Origin: the human T2T-CHM13v2.0 reference genome, Homo sapiens
Reading direction: 5' to 3' (one strand)
Assembly (NCBI RefSeq): GCF_009914755.1
Contig: NC_060930.1
DNA: 64,000 nucleotides
The notes under the pieces were generated by a model. It did no database searches. It saw only the letters and a list, made by a program, of their open reading frames with translations, and was not told the DNA's origin. A program made the translations under genes and the position numbers. Shown here piece after piece: positions 39,706-53,729 of this stretch; the stretch's first letter is position 1; each line of letters begins with the position of its first letter.

Positions 39706-41124
39706 ATAAACTCAATGTTCATTTAGATTTACTCATATATTTATCCTTTTTTTGCTCTTCATTTCTTCTGCATCCCTAACCTTCCATCTTGGATTATTTT
39801 CTATCTGCTTGAAGAACTCACTTTAATATTTCCTTTACAGCAGGTCTGCTGGTAACAAACTTTCTCTGTTTTTGTTTGTCTGAAAATGTTTTTATTTCAT
39901 CTTCATACTTGAAGGATATTTTTACTGGGAATGATGGCCTATGTTAGTTATTTTCTTTCAGTATATTGAAGAGATTCTACTATCTTCTGATTTTTATTAT
40001 TACTCTTTATAACTCAGCTATCAGTTTAATTATTGTGCCTTTTAAAAGTAATCTTTCTTTCTCTCTCTCTGGTGTCTTTAAGGGTTTAATTGTCTACAAT
40101 TTCACTATAATATATACTTTTTATTTATCCTGACTAGAATTCCTTGGGCTTTTTAAATCTAGAAATTGATGTTTTTTAGAAAACTTCTCAGCCATTATTT
40201 TTATCACACATTACTTGTGCAACTCTGAGACTCAGCTCCTTCATGGCATTCAGTTGGACATATATTTAAAGCTTTTAATTACATCTTCTATGTGTCTTAG
40301 GTTTTCTGATTACCTTTTGCTTTTATGTGTCATTTTTATATTTTCCTCTGAACAGTCTTCCAGTTTACTAATATTCTCTTCAACTTTATCTAATCTACCA
40401 TTTAATCTATACATTGAGTTATTAATTGAGTTGTTATATTTTTAGATTCTAGAGTGCTCCTTGGTTCTTAAATCTACTATGTTACTTTTTGTAGTTTCCA
40501 ATATTCTGCCAAAAATTTCAAGCTTACTTTTTTTCTGCTTTAAAATGGTAAGTGCAATTGCTTTACCATCTCTTTCTGATAATTCCTATATTTGGTATAC
40601 TTCTGACTGTGTTTCTGTTATTTTTTTCCCTTGGGTCTTTCTCAGGTACACCTTCTTGTGTCTAATTTTATTTTGTTTTATTCTACTGTGTGCTTGACAT
40701 TATATATTTTAAATTATTTGTTGAAGCAATTTACTTGTGGAAGCCTCAGATGATGTTATTTTCTGCAGATTTAATTTTCATTTGCTTCTACCAGGTCCTG
40801 AAGGCACTATCAATTCATTATTGTTTATTCCAGTTTCACTACTTGAGATATTCTTCATCACCCAGATGATATATAGCTGGGCCACACGCAATTCGTGGAA
40901 GACCTGTTTTATTTCCATTTCACCCTTATCTATAGGGTGCAGCTTTGCTTAATCTCACACAAAAACATGGGAAGGTTATCTTGGTGAGTCGTGTGTTCCA
41001 ACTTCATGTCTTTCCTCTTTCAGAGGGCTAAAGAAAGTGCTGCTTACTCTCTTAACCATGTCTTTCAGATTTTCACTTGCTTTGTGGTTAAAAGCAATCC
41101 CAAATGCCAAGGCCATCTCAGGAC

Positions 41125-41443
41125 TTTGTTTGTTTGTTTGTTTGTTTGTTTTGAGACAGGGTCTCACTCTGTCCACCCAGGCTGGAGTGCAGTGACGAGT
41201 GGCATGATCATGGCTCACTGCAGCCTCAACATCCCAGGCTCAAGTGATCCTCCCACCTCAGCTTCTCGAGTAGCTGGGACTACAGGCATGTGCTATCACA
41301 CCTGGCTAATTTTTTGTATTTTATATAGAGATGAGTTTTCATTACGTTTCCCCTGCTGATCTTGAACTCCTGGGCTCAAGCAATCTGCCCAACTCAGCCT
41401 TCCAAAATGCTGGGATTACAAATGTGAGCCACTGCTCCTGGCC
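41125..41443 (-). mobile_element. AluJ SINE with (TTTG)n tail
   Basis: Full dimer, gggctcaagcaatc J-type diagnostic. Confidence 0.95.
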
Positions 41444-42848
41444 AGGAATTTCATGTTCTGAATTTTAACCCAATAATTCCTCGTTATCTTATTAGCTCTG
41501 CTACTTTTGAGGAATTTTTTAAGAGTTATTCAAATTTGGGATGCTTGTTTTCAATGGAATGAATGGTCTGAATTACCCAACCACCACCACCAAAAGAAAA
41601 ATCTCTTTGACATTTTCAAGCAATATTTTTCATTTTTATATCATTGCTATTGCTATAAAGTAATAAGTACTGTGCTGGTCTGATGTATTGAAAGACTGTG
41701 GCAACCTGGTGAGCTAAATGCAATAATTTGTTCAATATTGGATAAAAGTCTAGCAAAGGAAAAACATTCAGCTTCTGCCAATCAATTTGTGTCCCTCTCT
41801 CCTGGGTCTCATTTCCTTTTCTGTATCACTTGGCCCCTCATCAATGACAGATGAGCCACCCCTCACGTTCCCTTTGCTCCCTTTTCTCTCTCCCCAGGGC
41901 TCCTCTAGTTATCCATGCCCTTAGAAAACTAGTTCATCTTATAAATTGTTTTCAAAGCCATTCTCATTTTTTCATGTTTTCCATCTTAAAAAGTCAAAGG
42001 TGGTTCTTTTCCTGTATGAATTCATATGACTCTTAATTTCTTTTCTCTCTCAAAAAATTAGCCCCTTTGCATTAAATCAGGAGAGACTTTGTAAAACAAC
42101 ATAAAATGAGTGATTCATCATGCTGATGTTAACTGGGAGAGCCTCTAAAGCACACAAAAAAGTAAATACCACTTAGAAAGATAATTTTTTATGTTTAAAA
42201 TCATAATAATCACATACCCAAGTACTATTTGTTGAGGCTTAAAGTGCCAGGCTGAAAGTATTAAGCTTTACACTCTTTATAATATGGGAATTTGTTCAGA
42301 ACACTGACATTTTTTGACTTGGCCTTTGCTTTTGTGATTCTACGACCAGGACTGGTTCCATGATGTGAGAGGTGACGCTGCCTTGCAAGCACCTCCATCC
42401 CTCCCCTCCTCACAGGCTCAGCCTCCCTCCTAGAGGAGCACCTATAAGCATCATCCTCAGAAAAGATTCCCGTTTCAGAAAAACCCAAAGAGCTAAAGCC
42501 TTACTACACTAAAGCTCAAAACAATCTCTACATTCCTCTTTTTAGGTATCTCCAAAAACACCAACAGTTTTAAAGCCACAGACTACCACAGTATTTCCTT
42601 TCCAATGACAGCAACCATGCTTTAACTGATAAATCTTAGAGTCCATAGCAAGCAAGATGTCAGATTACTTCTTTGCAAAATGATAAAATACTTGTAAATA
42701 ATGAGACAAAGCAATAAATTTCAAGAGACATTAATGCTCCTTCCCAGAAATTCCATCAGCTTACCCCCCACCACCCACCACCCCACTTCACACTGCCTCC
42801 CCCAGCCAATAAACAACTTAAGTAAAACTAGATGTTTGTTATGGAAAT

Positions 42849-42852
<4 letters not shown>

Positions 42853-42889
<37 letters not shown>
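42853..42889. repeat. (CA)n microsatellite
   Basis: About 18 uninterrupted CA units. Confidence 0.97.
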
Positions 42890-42891
<2 letters not shown>

Positions 42892-42904
42892 GGACAGAGA
42901 AAGA

Positions 42905-43030
42905 AAGAAAACAAATGTGGCAAAATGTTAACATTTAGGGGATCTAAATAAAGGTATATGGAAATTCTTTGTACTATTCTTGCAACTTTTCTGTAAATCT
43001 GAAAATCATTTCAAAATAAAAAAGTAAAAA
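42905..43030 (+). mobile_element. L1MC/ME 3' end
   Basis: aaatgtggcaaaatgttaaca...gtactattcttgcaacttttctgtaa. Confidence 0.75.
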
Positions 43031-44790
43031 CAAAACCAAAGCAACAATGAAAAATCTTGAGGCTTCCATCTATACTTCATATGCTATTAAATAAACACAA
43101 ATGTCCATACTCTTTTACTCCTTTTTAAATAAATCACCACTAACAACATCGTTTTCTGATAGGCAAGTTACAAAACCATCACCTGTGTTATCATCTTCTG
43201 TTAGGTCAACATTCTTAACCTGTCTTCCTGAAGCTATGTCTTGTTACAACAAGCAAACTTATGTGTTTTCCAAGTCTCTGTTGGTGATACATTAACAAAT
43301 CACTTCTTTAGGTAGGAACCTTCTGCAGATGTCTAAGTTCATTCGTTATGTTGACTTTTCTTAGTGACTTTTAGAGAATGACCTTCTGACTTTGTCTAAA
43401 ATTTGAGAATCATCTCAGAGTAGGACCATATTATATGCTGACAATGCAGGCCTGAAAGTTTGAATGTCTTCTCTAAATTGAACAAAAACCCATAAATTAC
43501 CAGATCCCAAAATACCACCTACATCAAGCTTTTACCTACAGGTGGTACAACCAAAGGAATGATTATTGATATCTCCTGCATGACACACACAACTTGTTGA
43601 AAGAATTTCTGGGAAGAAAGGATGATGCCTTAGAGATAAAAAATATATACATATGCTCTAGAAGATCAGCTCACAGAGCAACCAAATGCATCTGTGGTCC
43701 CTGCTTCCCACTTCTCTGCAGACCCATCAAGAACACAGCAACTTCTAAATTCTTCCAACAGAAGCAGTAGTTCATATTTATGTAGATTTTAGAAGAGAAA
43801 ACTCTTTCAAACACATTATTAACTCTGATTGTCTGAACAGCTCTGTGTCTTGCTTTCTCCACCTGAAAAGTAGGTTCACATCTGCTGTTCATACAGTCCC
43901 AAAATACTAGGAAGATGAACACAACAATTAGGGGTGGGGTAAATTGAAAAATTGGGTTGGAGGAGACAGAGCAATCTTTGCATGTTTTCTCAGTGCTTAA
44001 GACTTCAAGAAGCCCATAAACACCCCACAAAAAGTATGAAAGATTTGTCATTACCAATCCCCAAATCCCAACCAAAAAGAAGAAAAAGTTGAGACCTAAG
44101 GACTGGAGGAAGTTATTTTGTAAGTGAGAAACCAAATCTAGTAATAGCCATTAGAAGACAAAGTATGTGTTAGCCTCTAATTAATGGGTAGTGGACACAG
44201 GCCAAGGGATTAAAAAACAAATGAAACACAGTTGCATACGAAAAATTACACAAAACATACAGATACATCCATAGTGTGGTTTGGACACTGCCACCTCTGG
44301 CCTGGTCTTGCTCAAGTTCAGGCTCTTCTACCAAACTCCACATCCTGATTCTGTCTGTCCTCGATCAGATCCACACTGGCCTGCTCAATTCCAGGCATCA
44401 AACCTCCTATCCCAGCTTCAGATAGAGCTCAATTTCTTTATCTACAAATTCTCACCTTTCCGTTTTGAAACACACAAAAATCTCTCGGCCTCAAGTACAC
44501 AGTCTTCATCAACTTCCTGCTGATGATCAAGTACTTTCTGCTGTAAAAATTTATCAGCTGCAAGAATTGCTGGAGATGGAACCCTCCCCAAGTCAAACAC
44601 ACTCAGCAGAATGCCAGATGCTCACTAAGGCCTCTAGAGCTACGGATGGAGGGTTTAGCTCTTCCTGGGTTTGGATAGGGAAAGTCGAGTCCTTCATGCT
44701 GAGGCTGGATGAAGTCCCTAATCCTCACCCTTCTTTTCCCCAGGTTGCGTCCTGTCTTTCCTATGTCTGGGATTAAAACCCATCTACTTA

Positions 44791-45098
44791 GGCCAGGCGC
44801 AGTGGCTCGTGCCTGTAATCCCAGCACTTTGAGAGGCCGAGGCTGGCAGATCACCAGAGGTCAAGAGTCTTAGACCAGCCTGGCCAACATGGCAAAACCC
44901 TGTCTCTACTAAAAATACAAAAAAAATTAGCCGGGCGTGGTGGTGCACGCCTGTAGTCCCAGCTACTCGGGAGGCTGAAGCAGGAGAATCGCTCGAACCT
45001 GAAAGGCAGAGGTTGCAGTGAACTCAGATCATGCCACTCCAGTCTAGGCCACAGGGAGAGACTCCATCTCAAAACAAAACAAAAACAACAACAAAAAA
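44791..45098 (+). mobile_element. AluS SINE
   Basis: Full dimer; near-TSD ccatctactt / ccatccactt. Confidence 0.96.
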
Positions 45099-45412
45099 GG
45101 CATACCATCCACTTGCTAAGTGATTGTCTTGTTGGACCTTTGAGATTTCATATGTTACTTACTCATACCTGTGGGTTACACTCACTCAACAAAATGTGTC
45201 AGTTCAGCCCTGGGGCTGAAAACGCAGAGGCCAGCCATGAGCGAGAAAGAGTTTCTGCTGACAGGGAGCAAATCTGGTCTCAGAAGTCAGCACTTTAATA
45301 GCATTAGGAGCCATATTATATATTAGCATATGGTAAGTATCAGCTCAGATAATGTTAACTAACCTTCTACACACACCTAACCCAGGTAGCTCTTTTAAAA
45401 AACGAACAAAAA

Positions 45413-45760
<348 letters not shown>

Positions 45761-48637
45761 CTAAAAATGAAGGCGTAAGGAGTTGTGAGACGTCCTCCCT
45801 AAGCTGCAGTGGAAGGCAGCCCCCAGGAGCAAGAGCCTTTAAACCCTCTTCCAGGAGATCACACATCCTGGTGTGAACAATACCTAACTATTTATGGAAA
45901 GCTGTGATCCAGGAGTATCCCCTTCTTGGAGTTAGAAGAGGGCTGTGCCAATGGGGCATTCCTCCTGGCAGAGTTCCAGACACTGTCAAACCCACGTGGA
46001 GGAAAACGGCCAAGCTGAACTATCCTGAAACTCTCCAAATCCTACCACACGGCATGCACCTGTTGTGCAGTTCTGCGAGGCGAGGTTTCCTCCCAAGCAT
46101 GCAAAGGCCGTGCTGGGCCTGCTCAAAACAGCCAGATGCCCAGCTTCTGGTAAGCAGGAAAGTCGAAGGATGAGCTGGTGCTGTGGTGGTGGGAGGTTCC
46201 TGCACTCCTGGGAGCAGCCCTGGGAAGTGTCTCGTGTGTCTAAGGACTGTCCTGTAGGTGCTTGTGCTTTCACACCGTGCTGGGCCGGGTGGTTGCAGTG
46301 TGAGCACTGTCCTTCTCCGGCTGCGTGCTTGCTTGCTCTAGGCAGCACCTCACATCCTTCCAGACCATAGGAGTCTCCGTGTCAGGTGCCACACCCACCA
46401 TTTTTCTTTTCTCTACTCCTCTCCCCAGTAAAAGAGGCAACTGATGTCAGCCCCAGGCGCTGCTGCTGCCACCATGTCCACCAGGTTGCCATGCTCCCTG
46501 GCTGCCAGCCTGATGCCCTGCCAAGGTTCCTGGTGCCCACCGCGGAATGGACGGGGTGTAGGCTGAGGGCAGGTCTGCATGGACACTGGGTGATACACAC
46601 CAAGCTGTGGTCAGTACAGCCCAGGCCCCCACAGGGCCTGTTGTCACCAACCCAGGCTGTTTCCCCTCATCTCTCTTTCCCTAAGAGGAGTTTTTGCCCA
46701 GGAATTTCCCTGGGCCCTCAGTGAGCTTGCCTTGTTGGACTCCAGACCTAGGCAGACATCGCCTCCTGAGCAAAACAGCCCCGGCTGAAAGCCCCCACGT
46801 GGAACCCACACACAATGGTTTATGCTGGTGCCCTTGGCTGGAAGCTGCAGGGTCCAGCTTTGAGCAATGGGAACAGAACACCAGGGCACCACATCTGAGA
46901 GTGTCAGGGCAAAGACCCCTCAGCCAGATGGACTTCATGTTCCTGCCAGAGAATTCGTAGCCCGGATTATTCTCTGGAAGACAGTGTCACAGCCAAAACT
47001 GAACACCAAGCTTGTTTCCCACTGTGTCAGAGCCTGGGTGTGCTCTACCCCAGCCAAGCTCAGAGCTCTGCAAATGAGAAGCGAGGTGAGCAAATGAGTG
47101 GAGACTTCGAAGCTTTCATCCTGTAACAAAGGGCAACCGCCTCCCTGTGCCATGACGCAGGTGGCAGGAGACCCGGGATGAGTGAAGGTGCAGGATGACG
47201 GCGGGATGGGGTCTGCTTCGGGAAGTGCCGCCAAGGCAGCCCCTGAGCCCTGCCTGGGTTGATGAGGCAGGCTGAGCTGCCTAGAGTCCTCTCTTAGGGG
47301 ACCTCCTTGGCCCTAGGCTGAAGCAGAGGGCGCACAGCCAGAGTTCCCAGTCAGAACGGGGCCTGTTAGAGACGTTCAGGAGGGCGCCAGGCTCGTTAGC
47401 ATGATTCTTTTTCCTTTAGAAAAACAGACTCTCCTGGAACAACTAGGCCAACTCCAGCTCCTGCCCCACCCACCTGAGTCTGGCCAGGCAGCCCGAGCCC
47501 AGCGCCCAGAGCTCTCCTTGACCATGACCTCATCCCCAAACCCTCCAGGCTGGGTCCCTGCCCTCCACCGCATGAGGCAGGGACAGAAAGGAGAAGGGAA
47601 GGTCCCAGTTCAAATATCAGGGTGCCTGTCCTCTCCCCAAGACAACCTCCCTGTGCCACCCCTAGGGAGGGTCTCCCATGTCATGGACAGCCGCACAGCT
47701 CTGCTGAGCTGCCCCCCACAGCAGTGGGCCCAGCCCTGGGCCTGGGGGACATTTTCATAATACTGATGCCCAGCCATCCTGCCCTCACCTCGGGAATCCT
47801 CACCTCCAATTGGAGGGGAGGTGAAGCAGAAGGCACGGATCTTTTTAGAAGTTCCTCAGATGGCTTTTAAAAGTTCCTGCATCTTGTCATCAGGGGCCTC
47901 TGCACTCTGCGGTATAAATTATGGGGACAGGGAAGACACACCCCTGCCCTCACTGAACTCCCAGCCACTCTGGTGGTTCCTGTTCACACAACCTCACATA
48001 TATGAGGCCTCCTCAGAAGGCTCTAGGGCAATGAGGAAGACAGGGCTGGGGGTCAGCCCTGGTGAAGGGGTAGAGAGTGACCCAGGCTGGGTGTGGTCTG
48101 GAACTGATGGCCAAGAAGGTGTAACCCTTGAGGTCAGGTTTACTGCAGGGGACTGTGTACCTCCCTGAGGCTTCTTTCAGGTTGGAATAGGGACCTAGAG
48201 GCCTCTGAGGAGTCAGCCTTCTGCTCCCCAGAGGAAGGCAACAGCTCTCCAGGATGTCAGGGTCCTAACCAGCCATCCACAGGTAAGTGAGGTCTCATTT
48301 TCAGTGAGGGCAACAGGGAGCCTTGGAGAATGGGGACAATGTGCCAGGAGCCGGGAAAGGCTGCAGTGTGGCATGTTCGCCCTGGCCTGCAGGCCTCAGA
48401 GTGGAGGATCACCCACTCCACCTGGCCCAGCCCTGCCTCTTGCTCCCTGCTTTCACCCCCTGCCTCCACCATCCAGGACTGGGCACTGTGGGCACTGCCA
48501 ATCATAGCCATGCCTCCTTTCCACCTCAGCAGTTAGAAGTCTGTGGAGCTTAAAGTGGAAGAAGGGACTGCTGGGTGCTGCCTTTCCTTGGAACCATCTT
48601 CCTGCCCCTTCTTGTCATTATTAAAAGGTGAATCCAG

Positions 48638-48856
48638 GGCCGGGAGCAGTGGCTCAAGCCTGTAATCCCAGCACTTTGGGAGGCTGAGGCGGGCGGATCA
48701 CGAGGTCAGGAGATCGAGACCATCCTGGCTAACATGGTGAAACTCTGTCTCTAGTAAAAAATAGAAAAAATTAGCCGGGCATTGTGGTGGGCACCTGTAA
48801 TCCCAGCTACTTGGGAGGCTGAAACAGGAGAATAGTGTGAACCTGGGAAGCGGAGC
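48638..48856 (+). mobile_element. AluY lacking its 3' end and tail
   Basis: Alu match stops abruptly at gaagcggagc. Confidence 0.93.
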
Positions 48857-49262
48857 AATCTGAGTCTTGGTTGTAACAACGCCTATAAAGTTCCACCTCT
48901 GGTAAGTGTTCTACTCTCTGCTTCTATGAGATCAACTTTTTTAGCCTCCACATATAAGTGAGAAGATGTGGTATTTATCTTCCTATGCCTGACTCATTTC
49001 ACTTAAAATAATGTCTCCAGGTTCATCCATTTTGCTGTGAATGACAGGATCTCATACTTTTTGTGGCTGAGTAGTATTCCACTATGTATGCACACTGCAT
49101 TTTCTTTATCTATTCACCTGTAAATGGACACTAGAGGCTGGGAAGGGTAGCAGGGAGGCAGGACTAGGGAGAGATTGGTTAAATGATATAAAATTGCAGC
49201 TAGCTAGGAAGAATAAGTTCTAGTATTCCATAGCACTGTAGGCTGACTATAGTTAACAATAA

Positions 49263-49769
<507 letters not shown>

Positions 49770-49994
49770 TGTTATATATCTTCAAATAGCTAGAAAAGAG
49801 GACTTTGACTATTCCCAACACAAAGAAATGATAAATGTTTGAGATGATGGATATGCTAATTATTCTATTTCATCACTATACATGTTTCAAAACATTACTA
49901 TGTACTCCATAAATACAATTATTGTATCAATTTTATAAATTAAAGAATTTTTTAAATTTCACCTCATAATATTGTTTTGAAAATTAAATAAATA

Positions 49995-50303
49995 GGGGAG
50001 AGAAATGAACAGGTGGAGCAGCAGGGAGTTTTAGGCCAGGAAAAGTATTCTGCGTGATACTGTATTAATGCCATTGTCAAAACCCCTAGAACCATACAAC
50101 ACAGGGAATAAACACTCACATAAACTTGGACTTTTGTTAAAAGTAATTTTCAAGCTTGGTTCATCGCTTGCAACAAATGTAGCACACTCATGCAGGGTGT
50201 TAATCTCAAGGAAAAATGGAGGCAGGGGGTTTGGTATATGGGAGCTGTGTACTTTCCAATCAATTTTCCTGTAAATCTAAAACTGCTTTAAAAAATAAAG
50301 TCT
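49995..50303 (+). mobile_element. L1MC1/2-like 3' end
   Basis: tgtcaaaacccctagaa...caacaaatgtagcacact...ctgtaaatctaaaactgc...aaataaagtc. Confidence 0.8.
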
Positions 50304-50546
50304 TTTTTTTAATGACATGAGACAATATGCTTAACGTATTTGCGCACTGCCAGACATGTTTGCTGCTGTAGTTACCACCCTTTGCCTCAAGCCCGGGATT
50401 TGAGTTCATTTTCTGTCATAGAACCTGGTGAAGCAGAACAGCCCCATTCAGACTTTACAGCCAACAAGGGTGTTTCCTTTGGTCCACTGTCCCCGGAGCA
50501 GCCCTCCCTTTAGATATTGCTGAAGGTATGTGTCTGCCGCAGCCCC

Positions 50547-51016
50547 TGTGTCAGTCTGGGTTCTCCAGAGAAACAGAACCAATAAGATATTTATGTTAAG
50601 AGATTTATTTTAGGAAATTGGCTCCCATGATTGCTGCAGCTGGCAAGTCTGAAACCTTAGGGCCGGCCAGCAGCTGGAAACTCAGGTAAGAGCTGATGTC
50701 ACAAACTTGAGTCTGAAGTTTCTGGGGCAGTCTGGCAGGCTGGAAACACAGGCAGAATTCCTATGTTTCAGTCTTGAGCCAAAATTCCTCCTTCCCTGGA
50801 AATCTCAGTTTTTGCTCTTACGCCCTTCAACTGATCAAATGAGGCCCACCCACATGGTGGAGGGTCATCTCCTTTGCTTAAAGTCAACTTATTATACATG
50901 TTAATCACATCTACAAAAATGCTTTTACTGCAACACCTAGACTAAGGACTAGGGTTTGACCAAACAACTGGGCACCACAGTCTAGCCAAGTTGATACATA
51001 CAATTTAACTATCACA
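50547..51016 (-). mobile_element. MLT2B-like ERVL solo LTR
   Basis: gggttctccagagaaacagaaccaat...tagccaagttgatacata...aactatcaca. Confidence 0.9.
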
Positions 51017-52440
51017 ACTGCTTTCCTAAACAAACAAGAAGATGGAAAAGGATACGTTTGGAAAATGTTTGCCTTTCAAATGTTCTTAAAGAGATGCACA
51101 TCAGTGCATTCCCATCTGACTGCCAGGCTAGTCGGGGAGTGGGGTATTCTCTTGTACCCCTCCTACGTGCCTCTGAAAAAAAGAACTTCTGCCCCTTAGG
51201 TGGCCTGCAACATCATACCACACATGCTTGGGGATCTGGGAGCAGAGGACAGAGCTCCTTGGTTTAAGAAGCTGCTCATTTGATGCAGAAATCCACTTGC
51301 CTGTATTCATTATTTTGGACACTCCTTGCAGCAACCAATCCAAGCTCCGTCTTCTTCCGTCAGTTGACTTAATACCAGAACTTCTTCCCAAACAGACTGA
51401 GAAGCTAAGTGCCCTTGCTTTTGAGTTGGAGCGAGCAAGGGCCAATCCTCATATCATAGGGCCAGAAGCCACAATACAAGGACATCATCATTTCCAATGA
51501 GCACTTGGTCCTGGAATTCTCAGCACTAATCAAGTGGAACAAAGAAGGCCCCTTCCCTTTCAGTGCCTCCATGAGTGGAGACTTATCTCTACAAAGTCCA
51601 AAGTATGGAGAAATAAGGGTAGGTCATTTTATTATGACATTCTTTGTACTGTGCCCTTTTGGAAGGATGAGTGATTAGGAGTTGTTAGAACTTGGCCTGA
51701 CAGGTAGGTGGGATTAAGGGAGCCATCACTGTCCAAAAGTTTTGAGGACACTCAGCCAAGAAGGGACATTTTATCCTTAGGGCCACCCTCAGGTAGGCGT
51801 TGGGATGAAGAAATAAGGGAGTTTAGAAAGAGATTTTTCCCAGGGGTTCAGAACTCATCGGGGTTCTGCTACTAACTGAGGCTGCCCACTCAACCTCAGG
51901 CAGCCAAAGTCCCTTTCCACAACATGGCAGCTCACCCTGCAGAGGAAGGCTCGTCCGGGTGGCCCCCGAGGCCCCTCTATCAGAGGGCGGCTCTTTGAAG
52001 ATGAATCTGTCTCCCTGGCTGGGTCCTCCACTTAGGACTCCTGACCTACTGGGGGGTGGGGGGGTCCCCCGTGGTAAGTGCTCAGCCTGCTGTGAATGCA
52101 AATCCCCACCCCTACACTGACATCTCAGAAGAGGCAAGAAACTCGGGACAGAAAAGCCCACATTGCTTGTGCTTCAAAGATTTGAAAAAGGGGGCTTGTG
52201 GGCCAGGTTGGCCAGAAAGGTTGACCTTCCTGAGCCCATTTCCTCACCTCCCTGTCGACCTCACCATGATGTCCGGAGGATCAGATGATAAAAACTGCAC
52301 AGGAAGCCATGTTGGGGAGACTAAATAGCGTGCAGGGGAGAAACGTGAAACTCTAAATGCAAGCAGTGCAGCAAGCAGGGTATTACTCTCTTAACTAGAC
52401 AAGGTAGGTTCTAGGGCAGCTGGATAATTTGTTCCCTAAA

Positions 52441-52466
52441 AATTAATTAATTAATTAATTAATTAA
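52441..52466. repeat. (AATT)n self-complementary microsatellite
   Basis: Six AATT units. Confidence 0.9.
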
Positions 52467-53048
52467 ATCCAGACAATTACCTGAGAACACAAAAGTGATC
52501 TGCGCTGATGGTTCCCGTGTTATCTCACATATTCTAAGTGTCATTGACAGGGGTCTCAGACATGGGTCTGACTGGCTCCTCCCAGCTCCTCCTCTGTGGG
52601 CACTATTTTGTAAGTTCCTTTCCTCTGTTAAACCAGTTACCTCTCTGCTAGCTGCTTTTTCTGAAGATGTGTCTGAATACTGCTATCTCCACTCTGGCAT
52701 TCTTTGTATTTGAAAGTTCATAGATGTTTCCTGTCTTTTAAGAGGAGTTTCAGATGGAAAGGAGGATGAGTTCATGGACCCCACCTGTCAGATTTAATTA
52801 AATATCACATTGGCATTTATAAGAGATTTCTGATTCCATGGTGTAGGTTTAATCATTCTTTGAATTTTGGGGGGATTTCTGCTGAGGACATGGGAGTGTT
52901 CTCAGGAAACATCAAGGAACCAAGAAAGGAACAATCTGCATTCTTTCACCCAGGAGAAGACACCTCCAGAAAGCTCCTGTTTCAAACAACACAGTGGAAA
53001 GAACCCTACCTCTAAGGCAAGGGAGCAGGGCTGCTGGGGAGCTGGAGG

Positions 53049-53595
53049 TGTTACGGGAAAGTGGTCCGGATCCAGACCCCAAGAGAGGGTTCCTGGATCT
53101 CGCACAAGAAGGAATTCTGGGCAAGTCCATAGAGCAAAGTGAAAGCAAGTTTATTAGGAAAGTAAAGGAATAAAAGAATGGCTATGCCATAGGCCGAGCA
53201 GTCCCAGGGGCTGCTGGTTGCCCATTTTATGGTTATTTCTTCATGATATGCTAAACAAGGGTGGATTATTCATGCCTCCCCTTTTTAGATCATATAGGGT
53301 AACTTCCTGATGTTGCCATGGCATTTGCAAACTGTCATGGTGCTGATGGGAGTGTAGCAGTGAGGACGACCAGAGGTCACTTTCATCACTGTCTTGGTTT
53401 CGGTAGGTGTTAGCTGGCTTCTTTACGACAACTGTTTTATCAGCAAGTCTTTATGACCTGTGTCTTGTGCTGACCTATCTCATCCTGCGACTTAGAATGG
53501 CTTAACCATCTGGGAATGCAGCCCAGCACATCTAAGCCTTATTTTATCCAGCTCCTATTCAAGATGGAGTCGCTCTGGTTTGAATGCCTCTGACG
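53049..53595 (-). mobile_element. MER41 (ERV1) solo LTR, MER41A-like by length
   Basis: Antisense of gtcagaggcattcaaaccagagcgactccatcttgaatagg...; 547 bp; 4-bp TSD gagg at 53045-53048 and 53596-53599. Confidence 0.92.
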
Positions 53596-53729
53596 GAGGA
53601 GCCCGGCACCTTCCATCCCCACTAATTCTCACCATACACACACAATATATCCTCCCAGCACACATCAGTGCCTGGTCATTGGCCATCACCACTGACTCAG
53701 ACAAGTATTTTCCCCTGGAATCTCTTTTC

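Larger units (their letters stand above)
37010..41600 (-). mobile_element. Fragmented ancient L1M (ORF2 start to 5' region), antisense
   Basis: Antisense L1 motifs (ttgttgagacttgctttgtagcc, caggtctgctggtaacaaactttctc, ttgaaggatatttttactgg). Confidence 0.8.
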
